Shown here piece after piece: positions 1 through 11,100 of a DNA stretch of 64,000 nucleotides. The notes under the pieces were generated by a model. That model was not told the origin of the DNA. It was given only the letters and a program-made list of their open reading frames with translations, and did no database searches. The position numbers and the translations under genes are program-made. This stretch comes from an uncultured bacterium (lineage in GTDB: Bacteria > Verrucomicrobiota > Verrucomicrobiia > Limisphaerales > UBA8199). The stretch lies in assembly GCA_963749495.1 (NCBI GenBank), contig CAVVMW010000024.1, positions 213,171 through 277,170 of the forward strand, written 5' to 3'. Numbering within the stretch: the stretch's first letter is position 1; each line of letters begins with the position of its first letter.

Positions 1-1608
1 GCACAGTATGTCCGCGACCACTTCGCCCGGCTGGCCGGCCAGACGCGCCTGTGGCACGACACCTGGTATGACTCGACCCTCCCGTATTGGTTCCTGGACC
101 GCACTTTCCTCAACACCTCCATCCTGGCCACCTCGACTTGCCACCGCTTCGGCGACGGGCGCTTCTACGGCTGGGAAGGGGTCGGCTGCTGCGAGGGCAC
201 CTGCGGCCACGTCTGGCAATACGCCCATGCCCTGGCGCGGCTTTTCCCCGACCTGGAGCGCCTCACGCGCGAGAAGGTCGATTTCGGCCTGGCGCTTCAA
301 CCCGACGGCGCGATCCATTTCCGCGGGGAATTCATCGATTTCCCCGCCATCGATGCCCAGGCCGGGACCATCCTGCGCGCTTTGCGCGAGCACCAGGCCA
401 GCGCCGACAACTCTTTCCTCAAGCGGGTCTGGCCCGGCGTCAAAAGGGCCACCCAATGGCTCATCGCCAAAGACGCCAACGGCGACGGCCTGATCGAGAG
501 CAACCAGCACAACACCCTGGACACCGATTGGTATGGGCCGGTGGCCTGGCTGAGCGGTCTCTACCTGGCCGCCTTGCTCGCCGCCCAGACCATGGCCCTG
601 GAACTGGGCGACACCGAATTCGCCGCCCAGTGTCGCGCCATCCTCGAACGCGGCCGCAAAAACTTCGTCACCCAGCTCTTTGACGGGCAGTACTTCATCA
701 ACAAGCCCGACCCCAGGCACCTGGACGCGATCAACTCGGGCAGCGGGTGCGAGATCGACCAGGTCTTTGGCCAGAGTTGGGCCTTCCAGGTCGGCCTGCC
801 GCGAGTGCTGCCCGAGCAAGAGACCCTTTCGGCCCTCAAATCGCTCTGGCGTTACAACTTCACGCCGGATGTGGGACCCTACCGCCGGGCTTACAAACCC
901 GGCCGCTGGTACGCCATGCCCGGCGAGGCCGGGCTCCTGATGTGTACCTTCCCGCGCTCGGACTGGGATTACGCCCAGGCCAAGGGCAAAGGTCCCGAAT
1001 GGGCCGCCGGCTATTTCAACGAGTGCATGAATGGTTTCGAGTACCAGGCCGCCGGGCACATGATTTGGGAGGGCCTCCTCACCGAGGGCCTTGCCGTCGC
1101 CCGCGCCGTCCACGACCGTTACCACGCCGCCCGCCGCAATCCCTGGAACGAAGTCGAGTGTGGCGACCACTACGCCCGCAGCATGGCCAGTTACGGCGTC
1201 TTCCTCGCCGCCTGCGGATACCAGCACCACGGCCCGCAAGGCCGCCTGGGCTTCTTCCCGCGCCTAATCTCCGGGGGCCAATCGCCAACCGGTGCTCCTG
1301 ACTCGCACCCCGCCTCATTCCGTTGCGCCTTCACCACGGCGGAAGGGTGGGGGACCTTCTCCCAACTGCACGGCGCGCGAAGCGCCCAATACGAAGTGGT
1401 CCTGAAATGGGGCAAGCTGCGCCTGCACACCCTGGCCCTGGCCCTGCCGCGCAACCTGCGCCCCGCACAATGCCGCGTGTCCGTGGACGGCAGAACTGTC
1501 GAAACCAGCCACGAGAGCGCCGAGGGGCGGCTTAGCGTGACGTTCGCGCGCGAGGCCCATATCACAGCCGGCCAAACGCTGGCAGTAGCCGTCCACCCAG
1601 AAGCGTAG
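1..1608 (+). CDS. GH116-family glycoside hydrolase (GBA2-like), 5' end outside window
   Basis: Frame is open from base 1 (FYGWEGVGCCEGTCGHVWQY) through QHNTLD and NPWNEVECGDHYARSMASY, typical of the GH116 catalytic domain. Confidence 0.85.
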   Translation, partial: AQYVRDHFARLAGQTRLWHDTWYDSTLPYWFLDRTFLNTSILATSTCHRFGDGRFYGWEGVGCCEGTCGHVWQYAHALARLFPDLERLTREKVDFGLALQPDGAIHFRGEFIDFPAIDAQAGTILRALREHQASADNSFLKRVWPGVKRATQWLIAKDANGDGLIESNQHNTLDTDWYGPVAWLSGLYLAALLAAQTMALELGDTEFAAQCRAILERGRKNFVTQLFDGQYFINKPDPRHLDAINSGSGCEIDQVFGQSWAFQVGLPRVLPEQETLSALKSLWRYNFTPDVGPYRRAYKPGRWYAMPGEAGLLMCTFPRSDWDYAQAKGKGPEWAAGYFNECMNGFEYQAAGHMIWEGLLTEGLAVARAVHDRYHAARRNPWNEVECGDHYARSMASYGVFLAACGYQHHGPQGRLGFFPRLISGGQSPTGAPDSHPASFRCAFTTAEGWGTFSQLHGARSAQYEVVLKWGKLRLHTLALALPRNLRPAQCRVSVDGRTVETSHESAEGRLSVTFAREAHITAGQTLAVAVHPEA

Positions 1609-1652
1609 GCGGGTGGCCGACGGCTCAGACGGGTCCGACCCGTCCGACTGAT

Positions 1653-1862
1653 CACCGCGTAGCGGTGTCTGAAGGTAGCCGTGGACTTCCAGTCCACGGA
1701 CCCAAGGGCCAAGGTCAGGCGCGTCGCGTAGCGACGCCTGAAAGTCGGACGAGATCTGCCAGCGCCAAGTCGTCAGGCGTCGCTACGCGACGCGCGGCCA
1801 TTCCTGCGCCCTGGACCGTGGACCGAGGTCCACGGCTACCTTCAGTGCGTCGCTACGCGACG
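1653..1862. repeat. REP/REPIN-like palindromic element, family A
   Basis: GTAGCCGTGGACTTCCAGTCCACGG hairpin, its inverted partner, and CGTCGCGTAGCGACG palindromes; recurs at 7.5-7.9 kb and 23.4-23.65 kb. Confidence 0.85.
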
Positions 1863-1888
1863 CCATCGCCGCCCCACCATTCCGATTT

Positions 1889-1994
1889 CCGTCATTCGTC
1901 ATTCGTCATTCGTCATTCGTCATTCCCCACACCGCAATCCAGACCCAACATTCCCACCGGAACACTCCGCACTCCGCATTCCGCACTCCGCATT
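1889..1994. repeat. Heptamer tandem repeats (CGTCATT)n and (CCGCACT/CCGCATT)n
   Basis: About 5x CGTCATT then about 4x CCGCA(C/T)T; a similar block occurs at 7975-8058. Confidence 0.9.
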
Positions 1995-2054
1995 GGGTCC
2001 ATTCGTCATTCCCTCCTTCCCACTCCGTTCCTGCCTCGTTACAGTCCCCCTGTT

Positions 2055-3437
2055 ATGCCACTTGAAGGCGCTGCCGCGCCGGCCGCTGCCGGCGCCGGCC
2101 AGGTCCCGAGGCTGAAACGGGTTCTGGGATTGTGGGACCTGATCGTCTATGGGATGATCATCGTGCAGATCGTGGCGCCGGTCCCGATAGCGGGGCTGCT
2201 CGAGCAACGGTCGAATGGCCACGCGGTCACCACCGTCCTGGTGGCGCTGGTCGGCATGATGATCACCGCCGTCAGCTATGGCCGGATGGCCGTGGTCTAT
2301 CCGATGGCCGGGTCCGCTTACAGCTACGTCGCCCGCAGCATGAACCCGCATCTGGGGTTCCTCGTCGGCTGGGCCATGTTCCTGGATTACCTGATCATCC
2401 CTTTGATCAGCGCCATTATTCCGGCCCTGGCCATCCAGCGCCTGGCCCCCCAGGTGCCCTTCCCGGCCCTCACTTTCCTGCTGGTGCTGGGCATGACGGC
2501 CCTGAACTTGCGCGGCATCCGGGCCACCGCCACGGCCAACGTCATCCTCCTGGCCGTTACTTCTGCGGTGGTCGGGGTGTTTCTCATCCTGGCCACGCGT
2601 TACCTCTGGCAGCGGGCGGGCTGGGGCGGCATCTTCTCCCTGCACCCGATCTATAATCCCGCCACGTTCGATACCCGCAGCGTCTTCGGCGGCATCTCGC
2701 TGGCGGTCCTGAGCTACATCGGCTTCGACGGTGTCTCGACCCTGGCCGAAGATGTCACCAATCCCAAGCGCAACGTCGTGCTGGCCACCGTGCTGGTCTG
2801 CTTCTTCACCGGCCTGTTGAGCGCCACCGAACTCTACTTCTTCCACCAGGTCATCCCGGACTGGAAATCGGTGGCCGACCCCAACACCTATTACCTGGAC
2901 GTCATGAAGGTCGTGGGCGGCACGCTGTTCTTCACCCTTTTTTCAATCATCATGAGCGTCAGCCAGTTCGGCGCGGGCTTCACCGGCCAGGTCAGTGCCG
3001 CGCGGCTCGTCTATGGCATGGGCCGCGACAACGTCCTGCCGCGTTCGCTCTTCGGCTACTTGAGCCCGCGCACCCAGAACCCCAGCCGCAACATCCTCCT
3101 GGTCGGCGCCCTCGCCTTTGCCGGCACCATCATCCTGCGCTTCGACGATGCCTGCGACCTGTTGAACTTCGGCGCTTACCTTGGGTTCATGGGCGTCAAT
3201 CTCTCGACCTTTTGGTGCTACTATCTCCAGGCCCCGGCCGGCCACCGCCGCCATCTGATGTGGGATGCCGTCCTGCCAATCGCCGGCTTCCTCCTCTGTT
3301 TTGTCTGTTGGCTGGGGCTGCCCAGCCTCGCCAAGCGCGTCGGCACCTGCTGGCTGGTCCTGGGCATGGCCTATTGCGCTCTCAAGACCAACGGCTTCCG
3401 CCGCCGCCCGTTGTTGTTTGATTTCAGCGACAAGTAG
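2055..3437 (+). CDS. APC-family amino acid/polyamine permease
   Basis: LKRVLGLWDL, AGSAYSY and SYIGFDGVSTLAED motifs, many hydrophobic helices. The ORF-track extension from 1665 only translates repeats. Confidence 0.9.
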   Translation: MPLEGAAAPAAAGAGQVPRLKRVLGLWDLIVYGMIIVQIVAPVPIAGLLEQRSNGHAVTTVLVALVGMMITAVSYGRMAVVYPMAGSAYSYVARSMNPHLGFLVGWAMFLDYLIIPLISAIIPALAIQRLAPQVPFPALTFLLVLGMTALNLRGIRATATANVILLAVTSAVVGVFLILATRYLWQRAGWGGIFSLHPIYNPATFDTRSVFGGISLAVLSYIGFDGVSTLAEDVTNPKRNVVLATVLVCFFTGLLSATELYFFHQVIPDWKSVADPNTYYLDVMKVVGGTLFFTLFSIIMSVSQFGAGFTGQVSAARLVYGMGRDNVLPRSLFGYLSPRTQNPSRNILLVGALAFAGTIILRFDDACDLLNFGAYLGFMGVNLSTFWCYYLQAPAGHRRHLMWDAVLPIAGFLLCFVCWLGLPSLAKRVGTCWLVLGMAYCALKTNGFRRRPLLFDFSDK

Positions 3438-3496
3438 GCGGCTCCCGTTGCCGCAAGCCAGACCCCTCTCCCCAAGAACCTCCGCCACGTCCGAAG

Positions 3497-3582
3497 GTTT
3501 TGGACTGCGGCAGGCCTCTGCCGCTTTTCGGTCTCTGGTCCTGGGTAGGCGAAAGCGGCAGAGGACTGCCGCAGTCCAAAAC
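3497..3582. repeat. Palindromic REP-like element, family B
   Basis: GTTTTGGACTGCGGCAG...CTGCCGCAGTCCAAAAC inverted arms with internal hairpins. Confidence 0.8.
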
Positions 3583-3736
3583 GCTTCGCGGCTTCGGACG
3601 CACGCTCCAATGGCCCGGTTCGGCCGGGCTCGACAAGGATGGGATGCGCCCGACCTCCGTTCAGAACCCAGTTTTTGCTTGCCCATTGAGCTTCCCACGG
3701 TTTCTCCTATTCCCAGCAGATCCTTGATCCTTGTTT

Positions 3737-5032
3737 ATGGCCCGTAAACTCATGCCCGAACAACTGGCGCTTCACGGCGGACCCAGAGCCAAAACCACGC
3801 CCCACATCCCGATGTACCCGGGCGGCCTCGAAATCGGCCCCGAGGAGAAGAGGCAGGTGCTGGAGGTCCTCCAGCGCAAATACCTCTTCCGTTACTACGG
3901 CCCCAAAGGGTTCCCCTCCAAGGTCAGCGAACTGGAGCGGGAGTTCGCCTCGAGGTTCGGCGCCCGGCATGCCCTGGCCACCACCTCCTGCACCGGCGCC
4001 CTCATCTCCGCCCTGGTCGCCTGCGGCGTCGGGCCCGGCCACGAGGTCATCGTCAACGGCTATACCTTCTTCGCCTCGTGTGCGGCCATCGTTGGCGCCA
4101 AGGCGATCCCGGTCATTTGCGAGGCGGACGACACCCTGACCATGGACCCCGACGACCTCGAGCGCAAAATCAACCGCAACACGCGGGCGGTCATCTGCGT
4201 CCACATGCGGGGCGCGCCGTGCGACATGGACCGCATCAGCGCCATCTGCCGCAAGCACAAGCTCAAACTGATCGAGGATTGCGCCCAGGCCTGCGGCGGC
4301 TCCTACAAAGGCAGGAAGCTCGGCACCTTCGGCGACGTCGGCTGCTTCAGCTTCCAATATCACAAGATTATCACCGCCGGCGAAGGCGGGATGTGCCTCA
4401 CCAGCGACCCCCGCCTTTACGACCGCTTGATGGGCTACCACGACACGGCGGCCTGCTGGCGGCCCGACCGCTTCGCCGAGGAACGCTACGCGGGCGAACT
4501 CTTCTGTGGCGTCAATTATCGCATGAGCGAGCTGACCGGGGCGGTGATGCTGGCCCAGCTCAAAAAACTGGATCATCTCCTGGCCGCAATGCGCCGGAAC
4601 AAGCGGCGCATCAAGGAGCGGATTTCCGGCCTGGAGGGCATCACCTTCCGCCGGCTCACCGATCCTGCGGGCGACACGGCCATCTGCCTCATCTTCATGC
4701 TCAACGACCCGAGCAAGACCGAATGCTTTGCCGAGGCGCTCCAGGCCAAGGGTGTCGGGGCCGCCGCCATTTACAACCAGGGGATTCCCGACTGGCATAT
4801 CTACGCCCATTGGAAGCACATCATGTCCAAGGCCACACCCACGCCCGAAGGCTGCCCCTGGACCTGCCCGTTTCACAAAGGACCGGCGGTCCGCTACCGG
4901 CCGGATATGTGCCCCAACCTCCTGGAGTACCTCTCGCGCGCCATCCACATCAACATCCCGCCCCAACTCACCGCCGCCGATTGCCGCATGATCGCCGACG
5001 CCATCCGCAAGGTGGCCGGCGCAATTCTCTAG
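3737..5032 (+). CDS. DegT/DnrJ/EryC1/StrS-family PLP aminotransferase
   Basis: LIEDCAQACG, SFQYHKIITAGEGG (PLP lysine), GVNYRMSEL. Confidence 0.92.
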   Translation: MARKLMPEQLALHGGPRAKTTPHIPMYPGGLEIGPEEKRQVLEVLQRKYLFRYYGPKGFPSKVSELEREFASRFGARHALATTSCTGALISALVACGVGPGHEVIVNGYTFFASCAAIVGAKAIPVICEADDTLTMDPDDLERKINRNTRAVICVHMRGAPCDMDRISAICRKHKLKLIEDCAQACGGSYKGRKLGTFGDVGCFSFQYHKIITAGEGGMCLTSDPRLYDRLMGYHDTAACWRPDRFAEERYAGELFCGVNYRMSELTGAVMLAQLKKLDHLLAAMRRNKRRIKERISGLEGITFRRLTDPAGDTAICLIFMLNDPSKTECFAEALQAKGVGAAAIYNQGIPDWHIYAHWKHIMSKATPTPEGCPWTCPFHKGPAVRYRPDMCPNLLEYLSRAIHINIPPQLTAADCRMIADAIRKVAGAIL

Positions 5033-5101
5033 ACCGCATCTGCTCCGCCGATGCCAAGTCCGCCCCGAAACATGAGTTTAACCGAACGTGACTGTTCAGG
5101 C

Positions 5102-5214
5102 GTTGGGCAGACCTCCGGTCTGCCGGTTCACGGAGCCTCCGGCTCCGTGTTCTTGGCGAGGCGCAACTCCGGGCCAGAGGCCCGGACAACCGGCAGACCG
5201 GAGGTCTGCCCCAC
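5102..5214. repeat. REPIN-like inverted pair, family C
   Basis: GGGCAGACCTCCGGTCTGCCGGTT...AACCGGCAGACCGGAGGTCTGCCC. Confidence 0.85.
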
Positions 5215-5249
5215 ATTCTGACGCGCACATTTGTAAGCGCATCCAACCC

Positions 5250-6062
5250 ATGCCCGAAATTGATGTCTGTCTCGAATCGATCTTTACCGACCTGCCAGCT
5301 CACGAGCGCATCGCGAGAATCGCCCTCGCCGGCTGCCGCTGCGTCGAGTTCTGGTTCCATGACGCCACCTTCGACGGACGGGACTGCTCTCGTAAGCAGC
5401 CCAAGGACTCCGCTTCGTTGGCTGCGGCCTGCAAGCAATACGGCATGACGATCAACAACATGGTCGTCAATGCCCCGGATGGCTCATTGGGCGGCGCCCC
5501 GGTCCGGGCCCAGGACCGCAGCCGCTACCTGGACCGTCTCCAGGAGGTCATCGCCTTCTCGACCCGTCTCGGCTGCAGCAAGGCCATCACCTGCTCCGGC
5601 AATGTCCAGCCCGGCTCCAGCCGCACCCGCCAGCGGGCCAACCTCGAGCGCGCCTTGGCCCAGGCCGCCGAAATTGCCCAAAAACACTCCTTCACGCTCC
5701 TGCTCGAGCCCCTCAACACCCTTGTCGACCACCCCGGCTACTACCTGGACTCTTCCACTGAAGGCGCTGAACTGGTCCGCGCCATCGCCAGCCCCAACCT
5801 CCGCCTGCTCTATGATGTCTATCACATGCAGATCATGGAGGGCAACGTCATCGCCACCATCCGGAAGCACCTCGATGTCATCGGCCACTTCCATTCCGCC
5901 GGCGTCCCGGGTCGCGGCGAATTGTTCACCGGCGAGCTGAATTACCCGGAGATCCTCGCCTGCATCGACGCCGCCGGCTACCAAGGCCGCTTCGGCCTCG
6001 AGTACTTCCCGAAAATGAAAGACCACCTCGCTTCACTGAAGAAGACCCTGGCCCTCCTGTGA
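5250..6062 (+). CDS. Hydroxypyruvate isomerase-like TIM-barrel protein (xylose isomerase-like)
   Basis: LLEPLNTLVDHPGY, LLYDVYHMQIMEGN, HFHSAGVPGRGE, GLEY. Confidence 0.88.
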   Translation: MPEIDVCLESIFTDLPAHERIARIALAGCRCVEFWFHDATFDGRDCSRKQPKDSASLAAACKQYGMTINNMVVNAPDGSLGGAPVRAQDRSRYLDRLQEVIAFSTRLGCSKAITCSGNVQPGSSRTRQRANLERALAQAAEIAQKHSFTLLLEPLNTLVDHPGYYLDSSTEGAELVRAIASPNLRLLYDVYHMQIMEGNVIATIRKHLDVIGHFHSAGVPGRGELFTGELNYPEILACIDAAGYQGRFGLEYFPKMKDHLASLKKTLALL

Positions 6063-7483
6063 CCCTCTCGCCCTTCCGCGTCCTCTCGCCTGCGGACATC
6101 CAGCACGTCCACCAGGCGAGCCTCGAGCTCCTGGAAACCTGCGGCGTCAAAATCCTGAACCCGCGCATCCTCTGCTTTCTGAAGGACCGGGGCCTGGCGC
6201 TGCGCTCCGGCCACGACGAGACCGTCCTGGTCAGCCGCGCGTGTGTCGAGGACGCTCTGGCGCGCGTGCCTCGCAGCTTCGAGATGTTCGACCGGGACGG
6301 GAATCTCGCCTTTCTGCTTGGGGACGGCACGCCCCGGATTGCCGCCGGACACAACGCAGTCTTCTGGGTCGATTCAGAGACCGGCGTGACCCGCGAATCC
6401 AGGGTGGCTGACGTCGCGCAATTCGCCCGCATCTGTGAGCAGTTGCCGAACATCAATGTCTTGGGCATCCCGGTGATGCCGCAGGACGTGCCCAATCCTG
6501 CGGCTTCACTGCTTTACGGCGTGAGGGCCTGCATCGAGCAGAGCCGCAAACCCATTTTCTTCTCGACCGATAATCCGGCTGTGAACCGCAAGGTCCTGGA
6601 CATGCTGGCCGCTGTTTTCCCGAGAGACCTCCAGCGCCAGCCTTACGGCATCGGCCAACTCTCCCCCACAAGCCCGCTCTTCTGGGAAGCGCCCGTCCTG
6701 GACGCCCTCGAGGAGACCGTAAGGCGGCAGGTTCCGCTGGCCATCCTGCCCGAGCCCAACGCCGGGGTCTCGGCGCCCTTCACCCTGGCCGGGTTGCTGG
6801 CCCTCAACAATGCCGAGTGCCTCTCGGGAATCGTCATCGCCCAATTGCTCGCCCCCGGCGCCAAACTCCTTTACGCCAATTCCTGGACCACCACCGACAT
6901 GCGCAAAGGCTATGTCCTGGTCGGCAGCGTCGAGACCAGCCTTTGCCGCATCGCCGGCGCCCAACTCGCCCGTTTCTACAAGGTCCCTTGCCACACCACC
7001 GCGCCCAACTCCGACAACCACGCCCACGACGAGCAAAACGCCTGGGAAAAAACCCTCAGCCTCTTGGCCGCCCTCGGCGCCGGCAACGACCTCATCGTCA
7101 ATTGCGGCATGTTCGCCACCGGCATGACCTGCAGCCTCGAGCAGTTGGTCATGGACGAAGAAATTGCGGGGATGTGCCGGCGTCTGGCCGCAGGCATCGA
7201 GGTCAACGAGGCGACGCTCGCCGTGGACCTTATCCGGGACATTGGCCCCCAAGGCTCCGGTTACCTCACCGCCCCGCACACCCTCCAACGGCTTCGCTCC
7301 GGCGAGTACTTCTCCCCGCGGCTTGCCGTCCGCGGCCCGCGGGCGCTCTGGGAGGCGGAGGGCGCCAAAGACACCTGCCAACACGCCCGCCAGCACGCCC
7401 GAGCCCTCGCCCAGCGCTCCCCGGCCCAACTGGACCCCAAACGCCAGGCGCTCCTCGAAGCCTTGCTGCAGACGCCTTCCTGA
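6059..7483 (+). CDS. Trimethylamine methyltransferase (MttB) family protein, no in-frame amber codon
   Basis: IHxASLELLExxG-like N-terminus, PTSPL, APFTLAGLLALNNAECLSG, SLEQLVMDEEI; GTGA overlap with the upstream gene. Confidence 0.85.
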   Translation: MTLSPFRVLSPADIQHVHQASLELLETCGVKILNPRILCFLKDRGLALRSGHDETVLVSRACVEDALARVPRSFEMFDRDGNLAFLLGDGTPRIAAGHNAVFWVDSETGVTRESRVADVAQFARICEQLPNINVLGIPVMPQDVPNPAASLLYGVRACIEQSRKPIFFSTDNPAVNRKVLDMLAAVFPRDLQRQPYGIGQLSPTSPLFWEAPVLDALEETVRRQVPLAILPEPNAGVSAPFTLAGLLALNNAECLSGIVIAQLLAPGAKLLYANSWTTTDMRKGYVLVGSVETSLCRIAGAQLARFYKVPCHTTAPNSDNHAHDEQNAWEKTLSLLAALGAGNDLIVNCGMFATGMTCSLEQLVMDEEIAGMCRRLAAGIEVNEATLAVDLIRDIGPQGSGYLTAPHTLQRLRSGEYFSPRLAVRGPRALWEAEGAKDTCQHARQHARALAQRSPAQLDPKRQALLEALLQTPS

Positions 7484-7489
7484 CTCTCT

Positions 7490-7941
7490 GGCCCTCTCCC
7501 CTTCGGAAGGGCAGGTGCACGGCTACTTCCAACGCGTCGCTCCGCGATGCGCGCGGTGCCCCGGCTCACCGCCTAGCGGTGCCCGATGGTAGCCGTGGAC
7601 TTCCAGTCCACGGACCCATGGCCCAAGCTCGGCCGCGTCGCGTAGCGACGCCTGAAAACCGCGAAGCTGTCAGGCGTCGCTACGCGACGCATGACCATTC
7701 CCACGCCCTGAACCGTGGACCGAGGTCCACGGCTACCTTCACCGCGTCGCTCCGCGACGCGCGGTGCCCCCGGCTCACCGCGTAGCGGTGCCCGATGGTA
7801 GCCGTGGACTTCCACTCCACGGACCCATGGCCCAAGCTGGACCGCGTCGCGTAGCGACGCCTGAAAACCGCGACGCATGACCATTCCCACGCCCTGAACC
7901 GTGGACCGAGGTCCACGGCTTCACCGCGTTGCTCCGCGACG
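7490..7941. repeat. Tandem family-A REP units preceded by a CCCTCTCCC-type (family F) half-repeat
   Basis: About 2.5 near-identical units of the 1653-1862 element. Confidence 0.85.
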
Positions 7942-8156
7942 CCACCGCCAACCCACCATTCCGCTCTCCATCTTTCGTCATGCGTCATTGCCCGCACCGC
8001 AATCCAGACCCAACATTGCCACCGGAACACTCCGCCTTCCGCATTCCGCACTCCGCATTTCTTCTGCGGGCCGCCTTTCATTTCTTATTGCCAAGCGCAC
8101 CGCTGGTGCCTAAAGTCGGCCTCTACAGTGCAACCTCGCAACCTCATCCCCGCGCT

Positions 8157-11100
8157 ATGAAAGCCGACCTCCTGACCTCCGCCCACCGCGCCACGCTCCT
8201 CTGCTGCCTCCTGCTCTCGAGCCTGGCCGCCCGGCCCGCCTCCGCCGCGGACCCGCTCGAACAAGGCTTCGCCACGCCGCCGGCGCAGGCGCGGCCGTGG
8301 GTCTATTGGTTCTGGCTCAATGGCAACATCTCCAGCAACGGCATCACGACCGACCTCGAAGCCATGCGCCGGGTCGGCATCGGCGGCGTGCTCATCATGG
8401 AGGTGGACCAAGGCGCCCCGGTCGGCCCGGCCGATTTCATGGGCCCCTCGTGGCGCGCCCTCTTCCAGCACGTCGCGAGCGAGGCCGGCCGCCTCGGGCT
8501 GGAAGTCAACATGAACAACGACGCGGGTTGGAACGGCAGCGGCGGTCCCTGGATCAAGCCCGAGCAATCCATGCAGAAGGTCGTCTTCACCGAGACGAAC
8601 CTGGCCGGCCCCAGCCATTTCGATGGCGCCTTGCCCCAGCCGGAGACCGTCGCCGGCTTCTACCGCGACCTCGCGCTTGTGGCGTTTCCCACGCCGGGGA
8701 ACTACCGGATTGCGCGCATTGACGCCAAGGCGGCCTACAAGACCGAGTTCATCGGCGGCATCCCCCGCGACAAATTGGCCTCCGAAATGGTCATCGAGCG
8801 CAGCCGCACGCTGACCTTGACTCCTCAACCGGATGCCCCGGGCCGCCTGGCTTGGGACGTGCCGCCCGGCCGCTGGACCGTCCTGCGCATCGGGCACACC
8901 AGCACCGGCGTCGAGAACGCCCCCGCGCCGAAGACCGGGCGCGGACTCGAATGCGACAAGCTCAGCCCCCAAGGCATCGAGGCCAATTTCGCCGGCATGA
9001 TGGCCAGGTTGGCTGATGAGAACCGGGCCGGCGCCAAAGGCGGGCTGGTCGCCACGCACATTGACAGTTGGGAGAACGGTTCCCAGAACTGGACGCCCCG
9101 GATGCGCGAGGAATTTCAAAAGCGGCGTGGCTATGACCTTTGGCCGTTCCTGCCGGTCTTCAGCGGACGGGTGGTTGAGAGCCTGGAGGTCTCCGAGCGG
9201 TTCCTGTGGGACTTGCGCCAGACCGTATCGGAGTTGGTGATCGAGAATTACGCCGGGCGCATGCGCGAGTTGGCGCGGGCGCACTCGATGCGCTTCACGG
9301 TCGAGGCCTACGGCGGCCCCTGCGACGACATCCCTTACGGCGGCCGCGCCGACGAGCCGATGGGCGAGTTCTGGAGCCCGAGCGGCGCGATGGAGACCTG
9401 CAAAGGGATGGCCGGCTGCGGCCACGTCTATGGCAAGCGCATCGTCGGCGCCGAGGCATTCACCGCCGGCGACCAGGAGCGCTGGCGCGAGCATCCCGCC
9501 GCCATCAAGGCCCTGGGCGACCACGCCTTTTGCGAAGGCATCAACCGCTTTGTCTTTCATCGCTACGCCCTCCAGCCCTGGCCCCAGGAGCGGCGCCCCG
9601 GCATGACCATGGGGCCCTGGGGACAGCATTATGAACGCACCGAAACCTGGTGGGATGAGACCCCCGCCTGGCACCAATACCTGGCGCGCTGCCAGTTCCT
9701 CCTCCGGCAGGGCCTCTACGCGGCGGACATCTGCTACCTGCAGGCCGAAGCCCCGCCCCAGGGCTTCGGCGAGCATCCCCGCCGCGGCTATGACTGGGAC
9801 GAGTGCGGCGCCGAGGTTGTCCTGACCCGAATGTCGGTCAAAGAGGGCCGTTTGGTTCTGCCTGACGGCATGAGTTACCGCGTCCTGGTCCTGCCCCAAA
9901 CCCCGACGATGACCCCGCCGTTGCTGCGGAAGATTGGGGACCTTGTCCAGGCCGGCGCCACCGTCATCGGCGCACCGCCTGTCCATTCCCCCAGCCTCAG
10001 CGGCTTCCCCCAATGCGATGAGCAGGTTAAAGAGCTCGCCTCCCAAATCTGGGGCGATTGCGACGGGAACGAAGTCACCGAGCGGCGCTTGGGCATGGGA
10101 CGAGTCGTCTGGCAGGCCGAACCGGAGAAGGTCCTGCGCCAGTCCGGCGTTTCACCGGACTTGGTCAGCGGCCAGCCTCTGCGCCACATCCATCGCGCCC
10201 TGGGCGGCGCCGACCTCTATTTCGTGGCCAACCCAGCGCCGCGCCGCGTGGCCACGACGGCGAGCTTCCGCATGAGCGGCAAGGCCCCCGAGTTGTGGTG
10301 GCCGGAGAGCGGCCTGCGGGAACCCGCCCCGATTTACCAGGAACGTGACGGCCTCACGACGGTCTGCCTCACCCTGGAGCCCAGCGGCTCGGTGTTTGTC
10401 ATCTTCCGCAACCGGGCGGCCCGGTCGCAGCCCATTGAGAGCCTGGCCCGAGATGGCAAGCCGCTCTTCTCGGCTGTGCCCGAGCCCCTCCTCGAGTCCA
10501 GGTCCTCCGCGCCTCCTACGGCGTGCCCAACGACCCCCAGCGCACCCGCGACGTGCGCGAAAAGGTCCAGCGCCTCCTCGAAGCCGGCGAATCCAGCTTC
10601 CGCGTCTCCGTCATGGCCGAGGGCGATGACCCCGCGCCCAACGCACCCAAGACCCTCACGGCAGACTACTCCATCGACGGCAAGCAGTTCTCCGTCAAGG
10701 CCCAGGACGCGAGCATCATCCATTTCACGCCGGACACCTTGAAAATCACCGTCCAAAAGGCACGCTACGGCGTGCTCACCGACCCCCAGCGCACCCGCAA
10801 CGTGCGGGACCGTGTCCAACGCCTGGTCGATGCCGGCGAGAGCAGTTTCCAAGTCGCTCGCATGGCCGAGGGGGACGATCCGGCCTTCCTGGTGGTCAAG
10901 ACCCTTGAGTTGGAGTTCACCCGGAACGGCGAGCACGTCTCCGTGTCCGGCACCGACCCGGAGACCATCGATCTCAAGCAGGCTGTCTTCGAATCCGCCC
11001 AGCGCGTGGTGGAAGTGCGTGGCGCCTCGCCCGGCCACGTGCGCCTGCTGGCCTTCGAGCCTGGCCGTTACCAGGCCCAGACGGCCGCCGGAAAGCGGGT

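Noticed and set aside
1665..2054. N-terminal extension of the permease (also ORF extensions at 5088 and 7929)
   Set aside because: These only translate intergenic repeats
6059..7483. Pyrrolysine-containing MttB
   Set aside because: No in-frame TAG and no pyl genes in the window
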